In this document: one piece after another, positions 9,233-19,478 of the stretch | Position numbering within the stretch: the stretch's first letter is position 1 | Layout: each line of letters opens with the position of its first letter | Assembly (NCBI GenBank): GCA_965222375.1 | Contig: CBDCTZ010000016.1 | Location: 448,001 to 512,000 of the forward strand | Origin: Polyangiaceae bacterium | GTDB lineage: Bacteria; Myxococcota_A; Polyangia; Polyangiales; Polyangiaceae | Direction of reading: 5' to 3' | DNA: 64,000 nucleotides | Translations under genes and position numbers: made by a program | The notes under the pieces: generated by a model | Told to the model about the DNA's origin: nothing | Databases searched by the model: none | What the model saw: the letters and a program-made list of their open reading frames with translations, nothing else

Positions 9233-10402
9233 TCATGGCAGCGAGAGCACGTTGACCTTCGTGCGCGTCAATACGTAGAGCGTCTTGCCATCGTGGGAAA
9301 ACGCCATTTGCTGGGGCTGATCGTCATTGCTGAGACGCACGGTCTTCTTGGGATCTGCCAAGTCGACCAGGTGGACGAAGCCGTCCGTGCTTCCCACCGC
9401 CGCACGTTTCGAATCCGGAGCTACGGTCAGGGACGCGAGCAATAGATCGTCCGTCTTGCGCTGCTTGCCAACGAATGGAACGACGTCCAGCCCGCCGGAG
9501 TAGTGGCCGATGAGCAGCAACTTGCCGTCGGGCGTGAGGGCGTAGTCGGCGAGCGGATTCAGATCTTTCTCGAGCCGCAACCTCTTGCCGTCGGACTGCA
9601 TGACCACGATCGAAGGCGATGGCATGACCCACTCGTGTCCGCCGCCCTTCATGGGGCGTTCGAAGGAAGGCTCCCCACGCTGTTGAATGGCGAGCACGGA
9701 GCCGTCTGCGCTCATCCGCACCCCCTGGGGCTCCTTGACGGGCAGTTCGCGTAGCTTTTCCTTCGATTCCGTATCCCACAGCGTAACGCTTCCGCCCTGA
9801 GCCACGAGCAGCTTGCCGTCGTCACTCAAGGCCAAGCGGTGCTGGCCGTCCGCCTCCTTGCCCAGGCGACCGCGAATACTCAGCGTGGCTTGATCGTAGA
9901 GCCAGATCTCGCGGCCGTGGGCAAAGGCGTGCGTCACCGCGAGCAAGCTGCCGTCCTTGGCGGCCGCCAACGCGCGCACTCCCTTGCCGTTGGTGATCAC
10001 CCTCGAGGCAGCTACGCCTGCACCCAAGGCGTCGGCGCTCGCCTTGGCGTCCGCGCTGTTGATCGCTACCGGAGGCTTGGCGGATTTGGCGTCCTCCGCT
10101 GAAGCGTCCATCTTTGCCGGCGCGACTTCGGATGCGGCCTGCTTGGTCATGGTGCGCACGCCTGACGCGACGATGTGTCGGGACGCCGTTGGTCCCAGGG
10201 GTCGTTTTTCCACGCGACCGTCTGCCATGGCGACGAACACACCGAGCTTCGACACGGCGAGAGCGACGGGCAGCCGCGCTGGGTTGGGCGTCGCCCTCGG
10301 CCTGGCTGTGGGCGGCCCGGTCGGTCGCGGGGGTGGCTTCTTCTTCTTGCTGCAGGCTACGAGCGCGAGCGCGAGGGCAGCAGCGGCGACGAAGCGAAGC
10401 AT
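9233..10402 (-). CDS. WD40-like beta-propeller lipoprotein
   Basis: Lipobox LVAC; repeated SxDGKLL and TLWD blades. Confidence 0.75.
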   Translation of the reverse strand: MLRFVAAAALALALVACSKKKKPPPRPTGPPTARPRATPNPARLPVALAVSKLGVFVAMADGRVEKRPLGPTASRHIVASGVRTMTKQAASEVAPAKMDASAEDAKSAKPPVAINSADAKASADALGAGVAASRVITNGKGVRALAAAKDGSLLAVTHAFAHGREIWLYDQATLSIRGRLGKEADGQHRLALSDDGKLLVAQGGSVTLWDTESKEKLRELPVKEPQGVRMSADGSVLAIQQRGEPSFERPMKGGGHEWVMPSPSIVVMQSDGKRLRLEKDLNPLADYALTPDGKLLLIGHYSGGLDVVPFVGKQRKTDDLLLASLTVAPDSKRAAVGSTDGFVHLVDLADPKKTVRLSNDDQPQQMAFSHDGKTLYVLTRTKVNVLSLP

Positions 10403-10450
10403 GCCTTTAGAATAGGCTCGCAAGCTCCGTTTGGGGATACCCTGGGCGGC

Positions 10451-10963
10451 CTAGTCGCAGTCGGCGCCGTTCTTCTTGCAATCGTCGAAGTTGCAGGTGC
10501 AGCGCACGCTTTCGCCGTTGGGCAAGCGTGTGGACCAGCCCTTGGTCGCGCAGTCACTGAAGGCGCAGCGAGACACGCTGCTCTTGCCGTCCGGATAACG
10601 CGTCGTCCAACCGTACTCCCAGCACTTGCTGAAGTCGCAGCGCGTCACGCTGCTCTTGCCGTCCGGGTGGCGAGTGGTCCAGCCGTACTCGAGGCACTTG
10701 CCGAAGTCGCAACGCGTGACGCTGCTCTTGCCCTTGGGGCCGCGCGTGGTCCAACCGTATTCGCTGCAATCGCTGAAGTCGCATCGGGTCACCAAGCTGT
10801 GCTTGTCGACTCGGGTGGTCCAGCCGTATTCGAGGCAGTTGCCGAAATCGCAACGTCCGGAAGCCAGGGTGCTGGCGATGTACTCGGGCTTCGGTGCCTC
10901 GTCCTTGGCCATCCCGACCGAGGCGGTGAGGGTGACCGATAGCAGTGCCAGCGAGCGCCACAT
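10451..10963 (-). CDS. Secreted protein made of Cys-containing 23-24 aa repeats (RCDFxxCxEYGWTTR)
   Basis: Signal peptide MWRSLALLSVTLTASVGMA, then five full repeats and one partial. Confidence 0.75.
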   Translation of the reverse strand: MWRSLALLSVTLTASVGMAKDEAPKPEYIASTLASGRCDFGNCLEYGWTTRVDKHSLVTRCDFSDCSEYGWTTRGPKGKSSVTRCDFGKCLEYGWTTRHPDGKSSVTRCDFSKCWEYGWTTRYPDGKSSVSRCAFSDCATKGWSTRLPNGESVRCTCNFDDCKKNGADCD

Positions 10964-11066
10964 TGCGCTGAAGCATGACACGCGAAGGGAGCTGACGCGA
11001 TTGTTCGTGGATCTGTCGACGATCCCTCGCGTTGCGCCCGAATTCGGCACGGGTCATCCTCTGGAG

Positions 11067-11522
11067 GTGAGAGCCGCCCAGACTCCGATTTTGCGTCGCG
11101 CTCGCGCTGACGACGCGAACGCGCTGGGTTGGCTATCGCGACACAGCTTTGGGGAGTACCACCCGGGTGCCCGGCGTCGAGGCGAGCAGATGGCGACGCA
11201 TCCCGATGTTTTCAGCATCGTGCTCGAGCTGGATGGGGATGTGATTGGCTTTGCGGCGCTCTCGTGGCGGGACGGGGAAGCTTGGCTCGATGCGATCGCG
11301 GTTGCTGCGCCGCATCGAGCACGGGGGTTTGGCGGCGCCTTGCTCCAAAGCGTCGAGAAGGAGGCGCGACGCCGCGGCGCACGTCAACTCGGGCTCGCAA
11401 CCGCGGACTCCAACCTGGCCGCCTTGGACCTATTTCTGCGACGAGGCTTTGGTATCAGCGCGCGCAAGCCGCGCTATTACGATCGCGGGCAGGACGCGGT
11501 GATCATGAAGAAGACGTTGTAG
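11067..11522 (+). CDS. GNAT N-acetyltransferase, RimI-like
   Basis: IAVAAPHRARGFGGALL, NLAALDLFLRRGF, RYYDRGQDAVIM; GTG start assumed. Confidence 0.85.
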   Translation: MRAAQTPILRRARADDANALGWLSRHSFGEYHPGARRRGEQMATHPDVFSIVLELDGDVIGFAALSWRDGEAWLDAIAVAAPHRARGFGGALLQSVEKEARRRGARQLGLATADSNLAALDLFLRRGFGISARKPRYYDRGQDAVIMKKTL

Positions 11523-11547
11523 CGAGCGTCGGGCGCGTGCGCGGCTC

Positions 11548-12614
11548 CTAGGCGCAGGCGGGCGCCGAAGCTCCGTAGGGGCCGCCTGGGGTCATGCTGA
11601 CTTTGAGGTTGCGGAAGGACCAGTTCCAAGGCGGCTTGATGGTCGGGTAATCCGGGTGGTTCGTGTTGAACCCCACCAAGAGCGTGAGCCCGCTGCCTTG
11701 AGGGACGATGGAGCTAGTGATCGGGGTCTACAGCGTGACGGGCTGCCCACCCGCGGGCGTCAGCGTCATGCTCGTCTGCAACGCCTTGGCGTCGTAGACG
11801 ATGTTGAAGTGGTACGAAGTGTTGTTCTGTAGCGTGAACGACTTGGTCAGGTAGGCGAATTCAGCCGCCGGGGTTTTTGCGCCATACACGACGTAAATCG
11901 CCTTCTTTCCCGAGTCGTTCTTCGTGCACACGGAGAAGTAGCGCCACGGGTGGGGCCCGCCGTTGGAAGCACCCACATTGCGCAGCTCCAAGAAGCAGTT
12001 GTAAGGCTCCTGGATTTCCGTCACATCGAAGTCGAGGTCCAGCTGGAAGCGCTGGTAGTGCTTCCACTTCTCTTTCGACAAAGTGATGGTCGTCTCGGCA
12101 GGCCCCGACTTCGGTGCGACCCATGGCGAACTATTCCACATCGAGATATTGACAGGACCACTCGCCGGGCACGACTTGGTTACGCCGCCACCTGTGCCAC
12201 CTCCGCCCGGCGCGTTGCCACTGCCGCCGCCGCCCGGCGCGTTGCCGGTTCCGCCCGTGGACGTGCCACCCGAGCCGCCTCCGCCCGGCGCATTGCCGCT
12301 TCCGCCACCCGAGCCGCCTCCGCCCGGCGCGTTGCCCGCGCCCGCGCTTCCTCCACCGGCCGCATTGCCCGCTCCGGCGCTGCCACCGGTTGCAGCGCCG
12401 CCGCTGCCCGCCCTCCCGCCAGGCCGACGCCCGCGGTGTTACCGCTGCCTGCCTTACCTCCGGCGCCCGCCACGCCTGCGGTCCCGCCCGCGGCAGCTCC
12501 GGCGGCGCCTCCGAGCTCGTCCTCCGCATCGCCAATGGTGCCCGCGCAACCCAAGGCCCCCAGGAGCAAAGTGGACATGAAAACACTTCTGGTGACGAGG
12601 ACATGGTGAGACAT
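11548..12614 (-). pseudogene. Gly-rich lipoprotein with beta-sandwich C-domain, interrupted by a frameshift near 12421 and an in-frame TAG at 11728-11730
   Basis: Lipobox ALGC; the Gly linker switches frame near 12421; the reading frame continues past the TAG for 59 aa similar to the neighbouring paralog. Confidence 0.7.
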
Positions 12615-12749
12615 GCCCTGGACATCAGCAAGACATGGGCCAGCGCGTTCCCTGCGCAAAAGCCACGGGAATTGCTGCACCTCGATGTCGCGCAAACCGT
12701 GGGTTTGCACCGTGGAGTTGCGCTGGGTCTTGCCGGGTGCCGATGGGTC

Positions 12750-13637
12750 TTACGTGAAGGGGTAGCCGTCGCACCATGGCGTGCCCGGATCGAGGGTCAC
12801 GACTAGGTTTCTCACTTTGGCGCCTTCCAGATTCGTGTTGGCGGGCGAGTTCGTGCTTTGTCCGATGTGCAAGATGAGCCCCTGTCCGATTGGATAAATC
12901 GTTGTTCCGGGCTTGTGAGACACTATCGTCTTCGCGCCACCGTCAACGATTTCCAGGTCCGCCGCCTTTGCCGTGGTGTCGTAGGTAATCGATACCTGGT
13001 ACCAGACCTCGGACTTCCAACTGATTGGGTCCGACTGCGTGCCGGGAGCGTGCCCACACATCGTGAGCTGTGCTTGGTTTTGGTTGACCAGCATCCCGAA
13101 GAAGCACCCTGGGTCCTCGGACAGTTCGCTTTTCGGGACACCCAAGTTGCGGAGCTGGATCACGCGCTGAGCCGTCGTCGGGCTCTTAATGCTCGCGGCC
13201 GCAAACTTGAGCTCAAATGTCAGCTCCGCCTTCGTGAAGTGGCCGGCGGCTGGTGGAGTGATCTTGATGTGTCTCTCGAGGTTCTCTTTCGGGAAGGTGT
13301 ACGGAGCGCCAGTGAAGTCCAAGGTCGTCGAATCTATTGATGCCGCTCCTGGCGGCCCCGGGCACTGCTTCCCCGCGTCGCCGCCACTGGACCCGCCGGA
13401 TCCCCCGGCGTCCACGCCGCCATCGGTGCCAGCGGTTCCTCCGCTGGCGCCGCCCGCACTGCCGCCGGTGCCACTCGCTCCGCCGCTGCTCGTCCCGCCT
13501 TGTCCCGCGCTGCCACCCGTTCCGGGCAGTGCTTTGAACTCCGGCGCACTGCAGGCCGAAAGAGACAGCCCTGCGCACGCCGCCACAGCGCACGAGCGAA
13601 TCCAGGCCCGCCGCGGACCGCTCTTCCGACGATGCAT
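12750..13637 (-). CDS. Gly-rich lipoprotein, paralog of 11548-12614
   Basis: Lipobox LSAC; C-domain shares LRNxG, Y-x-x-x-I-x-YD, I-x-P-x-G-x-GL-x-L-x-x-G and RNL-x-V-x-x-x-PG-x-P. Confidence 0.75.
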   Translation of the reverse strand: MHRRKSGPRRAWIRSCAVAACAGLSLSACSAPEFKALPGTGGSAGQGGTSSGGASGTGGSAGGASGGTAGTDGGVDAGGSGGSSGGDAGKQCPGPPGAASIDSTTLDFTGAPYTFPKENLERHIKITPPAAGHFTKAELTFELKFAAASIKSPTTAQRVIQLRNLGVPKSELSEDPGCFFGMLVNQNQAQLTMCGHAPGTQSDPISWKSEVWYQVSITYDTTAKAADLEIVDGGAKTIVSHKPGTTIYPIGQGLILHIGQSTNSPANTNLEGAKVRNLVVTLDPGTPWCDGYPFT

Positions 13638-13754
13638 CGGTTCACAATAGCACGGGGTCATCTCACGGCGCAGCCGCGGCGCGACCTTCCCCAAACCCTC
13701 ACGGATGTACACATGCCCTTGCCCTAGCCCCGCAGGTCCTGAAAGCTAGTCGCC

Positions 13755-14699
13755 GTGCTTCGCCCCTTTCAGCCTGTGCCCTACGACGAGCTACCGGAGC
13801 TGCCCAGGCTGCCCCACGCGTTCGACAAGACCCTCGGCATCGACGAGATCGTGTACTCGAAACACTTTGGGCGTCATAGCGTGCACATCCGCGAGATGGG
13901 TGAGGGCCCGCCGTTACTGCTCGTGCACGGCCTGATGACGACTTCCTACTCGTTTCGTTACGTCTTCGAACCCTTTGCCGAGCACTTTCGCGTCTTGGCC
14001 CCAGATCTGCCTGGTTCGGGGCTCACGGACAAGGTGGATGCGGATTACAGCCCACAGCACCTGGCGGAGTGGATCTTCGAACTGGCTGACACCCTCGGCA
14101 TTGTCGGTGCTGCTTGTATTGGCAACAGCATGGGCGGTTACTTGTGTATGCGCGCTGCGCTGGCCCACCCCGAGCTGTTTTCTTGCTTGGTCAACGAGCA
14201 TTCGCCTGGAGTCCCCGAGTTGCGCGTCCGCGCCCTTTCCGCCGTGCTCTCGGTTCCGGGTAGCGAGCGCCTGCTCACGGCTCTAGTTCATCGAGACCCC
14301 CTTCGATGGGCTCACAAGAACGTGCACTACTACGATGAATCCCTGAAATCCCGAGAGGAGGCTCGTGCCTACGGCGAGCCCCTTGCCACTGACGAAGGCG
14401 TGCGGAGCTTCTACCGTCACCTCAAGCAGACCATGTCTCCGCAGGGGCTCCGGAGTTTCGTTGCCGACCTGGAGGCTCGCAAGAAGCGTCGACAGCCATT
14501 TCCAGTTCCGCTGCTCTTGGTCTATGCCAAGCGTGACCCGATGGTGCCCCCGCGCATTGCGCGACGCCTGAACGCCTTGGTGCCGGGTGCACGGCTGGTG
14601 TGGCTAGATGAGGGATCGCACTTCGCGCATATCGACCGCCCCCAACTTTTTCTCGATGCGGTGCGGCCGTTTCTCGAGCATCGAGGCGTGGGCACTTGA
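13755..14699 (+). CDS. Alpha/beta hydrolase
   Basis: LLVHG, PDLPGSG, GNSMGG nucleophile elbow, D and H (GSHFAH) catalytic candidates. Confidence 0.92.
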   Translation: MLRPFQPVPYDELPELPRLPHAFDKTLGIDEIVYSKHFGRHSVHIREMGEGPPLLLVHGLMTTSYSFRYVFEPFAEHFRVLAPDLPGSGLTDKVDADYSPQHLAEWIFELADTLGIVGAACIGNSMGGYLCMRAALAHPELFSCLVNEHSPGVPELRVRALSAVLSVPGSERLLTALVHRDPLRWAHKNVHYYDESLKSREEARAYGEPLATDEGVRSFYRHLKQTMSPQGLRSFVADLEARKKRRQPFPVPLLLVYAKRDPMVPPRIARRLNALVPGARLVWLDEGSHFAHIDRPQLFLDAVRPFLEHRGVGT

Positions 14700-14731
14700 G
14701 CCAAGCGGCCGAGAGGTCTTGATTGCTCGCC

Positions 14732-15268
14732 TCACTGCGCAGCAAAGCTCACGTTGAAGGCCGCGATCTTGTCCTGCTTGGGTCCAAAGCGGCGGGATGG
14801 CGAGTGGATCGCATCGAGCACTCCAGCAAGCTCCCCAAACTCGATGTCGTTCGGGGAATGCAACACCGCAAGGTCGCGCTTGGCATCGTTTTCGGCCTTG
14901 TGCTCCCCGTGGGATTGCCACTCTGCGGCCAAGCGCTTCTCCAGCGCGGCATAGCGCAGGGACCCATCGGCGCGAGATTCGGCTTTGCGCGGAACTTGCG
15001 ACGTAGCCACCACCGTCTCTCCCTGCTTCCATACGAGTTCGAAACTGCGGTCCTTGATCTTCACGTGTAGGCGTTTCTGCGGCTCTGTAGGTGCATCCCC
15101 CTGGCCCGGCACTTGGGCCGTGGCCTCGAGGCGCGCCATTTGCGACCAAACTGCGGTTACCAGCAGGAACGCGACCAAGCAGAGCAGAAAGTCGATGAAG
15201 GGAACCAGGGGGAGTTCACTGTTCACATCCCGCTTCTTGTGTCCGCTGCCGGTATCGATCGTCGCCAT
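14732..15268 (-). CDS. exbD: ExbD/TolR family biopolymer transporter (myxobacterial AglS-like)
   Basis: ELPLVPFIDFLLCLVAFLLVTAVW TM segment with conserved Asp; periplasmic IEFGELAGVLD. Confidence 0.85.
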   Translation of the reverse strand: MATIDTGSGHKKRDVNSELPLVPFIDFLLCLVAFLLVTAVWSQMARLEATAQVPGQGDAPTEPQKRLHVKIKDRSFELVWKQGETVVATSQVPRKAESRADGSLRYAALEKRLAAEWQSHGEHKAENDAKRDLAVLHSPNDIEFGELAGVLDAIHSPSRRFGPKQDKIAAFNVSFAAQ

Positions 15269-15602
15269 GTTCGCACCTCCGAACACTTTGAAAACCGGCG
15301 ACGGGTCGAGCCTTGGGTCCCATTGACTATTTGCGCTGTTGGACCAGCCCCCGGACCCGCGTTGGCAGACTGACCGGGGAGGCGTGGATGTCTTGGGTGG
15401 AAGTTTCGCGTTGCGCTCAGGCAAGTCGCGCCGGAGTTCCACTCGCGAAGCCTGATTTGCATCAGATAGCGTGGTCCGCGGGCCGTCCGGAACAGACGCA
15501 TGAGATTTGTCAGCGCGGCTTTCGGAGCCCCTTTGTCGTGCGCCGTCGGAGCACTACGCTCTGCCTGGCGCTCGGAAGAGTCCGAGAGAATGCGAGGTTG
15601 AG

Positions 15603-17408
15603 ATGAAGAAGCTGATACTGGCCATGCTCTGCGCAGTCGCAGTGACCATGCTGTTCGCCTCTCCCGCCCAGGCCTACTACGATTGTGGCACTGGTTGGAC
15701 ACTCTACACAGCGCCTAGCGGCGTTCGCTGCGTCAAACGAACTGTTGATGGCGGTGTCCCGAAGTACGTTTGGTACGGAGAGGGAAGCCATGGCACCAGT
15801 CACTACCGGCACATCGGTTCGGTGAGTTGGAACGCCGGGTTCAACGAGTATAGGGGCAGCACTGTCGATATCGAGGGTGGCGGCGCTGTTTTCAGTGGCT
15901 TCATCGACGGCTGGTTTGCCATCGCGCCCACGAGCTCCGACTACCCGAGCACGATGTACGCCAGCACCTGGGGCGAGACCTGGACGAAGTCGTGGTACGG
16001 CAGTTCGACATACGGCTACAGCTCTCCTCTGACAGACATCCTCACGGACTGTGGCGCGCAGTTTCGCAACGGGAGCAGTTCGAAGCTCCAGAAGTTCCGA
16101 GCCTATGACCAGCTCGATTCGCCGACGAGCGCGTCTACCGGCGTGCGTTGCGCCCTGCGGGTTACCGCACCTGCCAATGAGTGGGACGTCTGGTACGGAG
16201 CGGGCAGCTGGCGTTGGCGTGCGACTGAAGGAGTGGTGAGTGCGCCAATACCCTGGAGTGCGCCACTCGCGTACGCCCATGTGGGATTCCGGGGTTCGAG
16301 CACCACCTACAGCCAGTACGACGTGTGCAACGGATCGGCCTTCTGCTACCAACGAAGTGGCATGCCGATACCTCTCGCCCTCACCTGGCTGGACACTGGC
16401 ACTGGGTACGTTCTGAACGGCAGCGGCCTTCACGAGCTCTGGCTCCCGTCGGCCGCCGAACACTCTACGCGGCTCCTCGCGTATCAGGTCAGCGACTCCG
16501 ACGGCGTCACTAGGAAGACGCCTGTTAGCGTCAACGACATATTGGCCTATGTGACGGCGGCGAACGAGATATATCGATTGCATGGCGTGGAGGTGCTCTA
16601 CAATCGGTGGCCGCCGACCGGCTACAAGGACCTGGACACAATCGCCGACTACGGCTTGAACACCATGGAGCTTGCTGGGGGCGGCACGCTTGCCCGTAAA
16701 ATAGCTTCGTTCTACGCTGAGCGGACTCCCACTCGGGCTGTGGCCTTCCTAACCTGGGGCTTCTCGGCGGGCTCATGCCCGTATTCAGGCGGCGCTTCCA
16801 GTCTGGGGGAAAACTTCGTGCACGTCGCGGCGCTCGATGCAACATCGATTGCTGGATGCGGCCTCCTCGATCAATACGGCTACGGAGTCGCCGACTCCGC
16901 CCACTTCGCGCATGAGTTCGGGCACTTCCTGGGCTTGGCACATACCTTCGAGTACGATGACCTGCAGACATATGGGGACGCACAGGTTCGGTGGATATCT
17001 CAGGGTTGCGCCTGGGGTCTCTTCGATGGCGATGAGCTCTCTAGTACCGGGGAGGACCCGAATATCGGAGACTATCTGAGCAACCTGAATGTGACCCTCG
17101 TACCTCTCTTGGGGCAATGGGGCACCTGCGATCCGAGTGCCTACTCGTGGTTCACCCTCCCGCGCACCAACATCATGAGCTACTATGTGAGCAACCGAGT
17201 TTACGACGTTTATGGGGGGATCAGGACAGGAATCTGCGACGACACGTGGACGTCGACGACGACCGTTGGGTCGTATCAGAACTGCAAGGAGATCACTTCG
17301 GAGCAGGCATCCCAGATTCACAATCCCATCATCCAGCCTGGCATCGAGCAGTGGACGAGTCACTTCGCCGATTTCATCGGCAAGTCGCGTTGGTGGCGAC
17401 TCGAATAG
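15603..17408 (+). CDS. Secreted metzincin (M43-like) zinc metalloprotease with a duplicated N-terminal domain
   Basis: Signal peptide ending AQA; HEFGHFLGLAHTF; Met-turn NIMSY. Confidence 0.85.
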   Translation: MKKLILAMLCAVAVTMLFASPAQAYYDCGTGWTLYTAPSGVRCVKRTVDGGVPKYVWYGEGSHGTSHYRHIGSVSWNAGFNEYRGSTVDIEGGGAVFSGFIDGWFAIAPTSSDYPSTMYASTWGETWTKSWYGSSTYGYSSPLTDILTDCGAQFRNGSSSKLQKFRAYDQLDSPTSASTGVRCALRVTAPANEWDVWYGAGSWRWRATEGVVSAPIPWSAPLAYAHVGFRGSSTTYSQYDVCNGSAFCYQRSGMPIPLALTWLDTGTGYVLNGSGLHELWLPSAAEHSTRLLAYQVSDSDGVTRKTPVSVNDILAYVTAANEIYRLHGVEVLYNRWPPTGYKDLDTIADYGLNTMELAGGGTLARKIASFYAERTPTRAVAFLTWGFSAGSCPYSGGASSLGENFVHVAALDATSIAGCGLLDQYGYGVADSAHFAHEFGHFLGLAHTFEYDDLQTYGDAQVRWISQGCAWGLFDGDELSSTGEDPNIGDYLSNLNVTLVPLLGQWGTCDPSAYSWFTLPRTNIMSYYVSNRVYDVYGGIRTGICDDTWTSTTTVGSYQNCKEITSEQASQIHNPIIQPGIEQWTSHFADFIGKSRWWRLE

Positions 17409-17470
17409 GTGCATCTTTTGGCAAGTAGCACTGCAGTGGCACGCCTCGCCAGATAGCGCGAGGCCGAGCG

Positions 17471-19378
17471 TCACTGTCGGCGGAGACGCTCGATCGCTTC
17501 GGCAACCAGGCTCAAGAGCTGCTCTGCATTGAAGGGCTTCTGCACGTGAACGATGTCAGTTTCTTTCAAGAACTCGGCAGCGCGGGCCGTGAAGGCGCCG
17601 CCCGTCATGAAGATCAACCGATTTTCCATGCCCTTGCCGTCCTTCTTCAGCTCGCGATACAGGTCCATTCCGCTCATGCCGGGCATCAGTAGGTCGCAAA
17701 GCACGACATCGATCTCCGGCGGCCGCATGAGGCGGTTGTGGGCGTCTGCGCCCGCCGTCGACGTTTCGACGTCGTGAGCGGGTTCCAGCAGCCTTTCCAG
17801 CATCGCCGCGACGGCTTCCTCGTCGTCCACGACTAATACTCGCGCACGGGGGGCGACTTCACTTGACGGGGGAGGAGCTTGACTGGCGCGAACCTGTTCC
17901 GCAGTGATGGGAAGGGTCACTGAGAAAATGGTGCCCTCACCCAACGTACTTTCGACGCCAATGCTGCCGCCAAAGGATGTCACGATGCTGTGACAGATGG
18001 GCAGCCCCAGGCCCGTGCCGACGCCCACCGGCTTGGTCGTGAAAAACGGGTCGAACACACGGTCCAAGTGTTCCTGGGCAATCCCGGCGCCATCGTCAGC
18101 GACCTGCACGGTCACGTGGCCCTTCTTGGGTTCGAGAACGGAGACGGTAATCGTGCCGCGCTTCTGTGGCCGACGTACGAGGGCTTGCGCGGCGTTGATC
18201 AGGAGATTGACGAATACCTGCTCCAGGCGCGCCGGGTCGGCCAGCACCCGGGGCGCGTCACCGACCTTGTCGACGATGCTGCCGCGGTCATCGAGCTCAT
18301 GGGATGCCATGCGCATTGCTGCAAGCAGCACTTGCCGCAAGTCCACGGGCATCAGGGTGCTTGGTTCATCACGACTGGAGAAGGCCTCGAGATCTTCGAC
18401 GATGGCGCGCACTCGCGCCACGCCGTGCTGCGCCTCGTCGATGCGCACAGAGAATCGGTCCCCATCCTGGTCGGAGAACTGCCCTTTGCGGATCTCTTTG
18501 ACCAGATACTCCAAGTTGAGCAGGGTGTAGGATAGAGGGTTGTTGATTTCGTGCGCTACGCCGGCAGCCAACGTCCCAACCGCAGAGAATCGATCGTCCT
18601 GAATCAACTGCGCTTGCAAGGCGCGGCGCTCGCCGAGGTCCCGACCAATCACCAGGGCAGCGGGTTCTCCGTCCCAGGCGATGTTCATCCCAAGGAACTC
18701 GACGTCTACCAGCTTCCCATCTCCGCGCCGGACCCCCAGAGCGAAGGGCTCGCCAAAATGCTCCCCGTCAAAGACCCGCGCTAGGCGGGCCCGAGCGTAC
18801 TCCACGTCTTGTGGGCGCAGGTGCTCGGCGAATGGCGTGTTGAGTAGCGCTCGTGAGGAAGTGTGGCCCAATAGGGTGCACATCGCCGAGTTCGCGTATG
18901 CGATGCCGCTGCGCGTGCCGATTCCAATCGCGTCTGGGGCGGACTCGATGATCTCACGAAAGCTCCGCTCGGATTGCTCTAGCGCTCGCTGCGCGGCGTC
19001 CTGATCACTGGAAATGACCCAGACCAACGCCACCGAGTCCCCCGAGGGGAAGGGTCGCGCACTGACTTGGACTGGCAACTCTTCTTTCGCGAGACGCAAG
19101 GTGAGCCGTGGTTGTCCAGTCCCGGCGGCGCGCTCCTGTACCCACGGCAAGAGGGAGTCCATGGAGCTCGCGTGGAAGACCGACGACAAGGGTCGCCCGA
19201 CCACTTCGAGCTCGGAGCAGTCGAGCAGCTTCAGCAGCGCGCGATTGACCAGCTGAACCTGGTGGCCGGCGGGACGCGAGACACTGACCAGAGTGCCAAT
19301 GGTGGCGCGGTCCGCAGCCTCGAATAGCGCTTGCACTAGTAGCGATAGTTCGCTGACCTCGGCCGGTATCATCCCCAC
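17471..19378 (-). CDS. PAS-domain hybrid sensor histidine kinase with receiver domain
   Basis: AHEINNPL H-box, NLLINA, DDGAGI, FDPFFTTK, GTGLGL; REC domain VVDDE...CDLLMPGMSG...KPF. Confidence 0.95.
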   Translation of the reverse strand: MGMIPAEVSELSLLVQALFEAADRATIGTLVSVSRPAGHQVQLVNRALLKLLDCSELEVVGRPLSSVFHASSMDSLLPWVQERAAGTGQPRLTLRLAKEELPVQVSARPFPSGDSVALVWVISSDQDAAQRALEQSERSFREIIESAPDAIGIGTRSGIAYANSAMCTLLGHTSSRALLNTPFAEHLRPQDVEYARARLARVFDGEHFGEPFALGVRRGDGKLVDVEFLGMNIAWDGEPAALVIGRDLGERRALQAQLIQDDRFSAVGTLAAGVAHEINNPLSYTLLNLEYLVKEIRKGQFSDQDGDRFSVRIDEAQHGVARVRAIVEDLEAFSSRDEPSTLMPVDLRQVLLAAMRMASHELDDRGSIVDKVGDAPRVLADPARLEQVFVNLLINAAQALVRRPQKRGTITVSVLEPKKGHVTVQVADDGAGIAQEHLDRVFDPFFTTKPVGVGTGLGLPICHSIVTSFGGSIGVESTLGEGTIFSVTLPITAEQVRASQAPPPSSEVAPRARVLVVDDEEAVAAMLERLLEPAHDVETSTAGADAHNRLMRPPEIDVVLCDLLMPGMSGMDLYRELKKDGKGMENRLIFMTGGAFTARAAEFLKETDIVHVQKPFNAEQLLSLVAEAIERLRRQ

Positions 19379-19478
19379 ACCCCATCATAGTCCAACACCC
19401 TTGGCCCGGGGCCACTAGTGGCCGGCCGCGCCTTTTTGCCGTTTGCCTGACACGGCAACGTGGTCTAACACCTAGCCT

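Noticed and set aside
10500..10860. CRISPR-like regularly spaced repeats (about 72-bp period)
   Set aside because: The repeats vary at synonymous positions and encode an in-frame protein repeat.
11728..11730. Pyrrolysine or programmed amber readthrough
   Set aside because: The same gene also has a frameshift, and no pyl machinery is visible; mutation or error is simpler.
15452..15465. FNR-like palindrome CTGAT-N4-ATCAG
   Set aside because: Short, deviates from TTGAT-N4-ATCAA at both ends, and has no supporting context.
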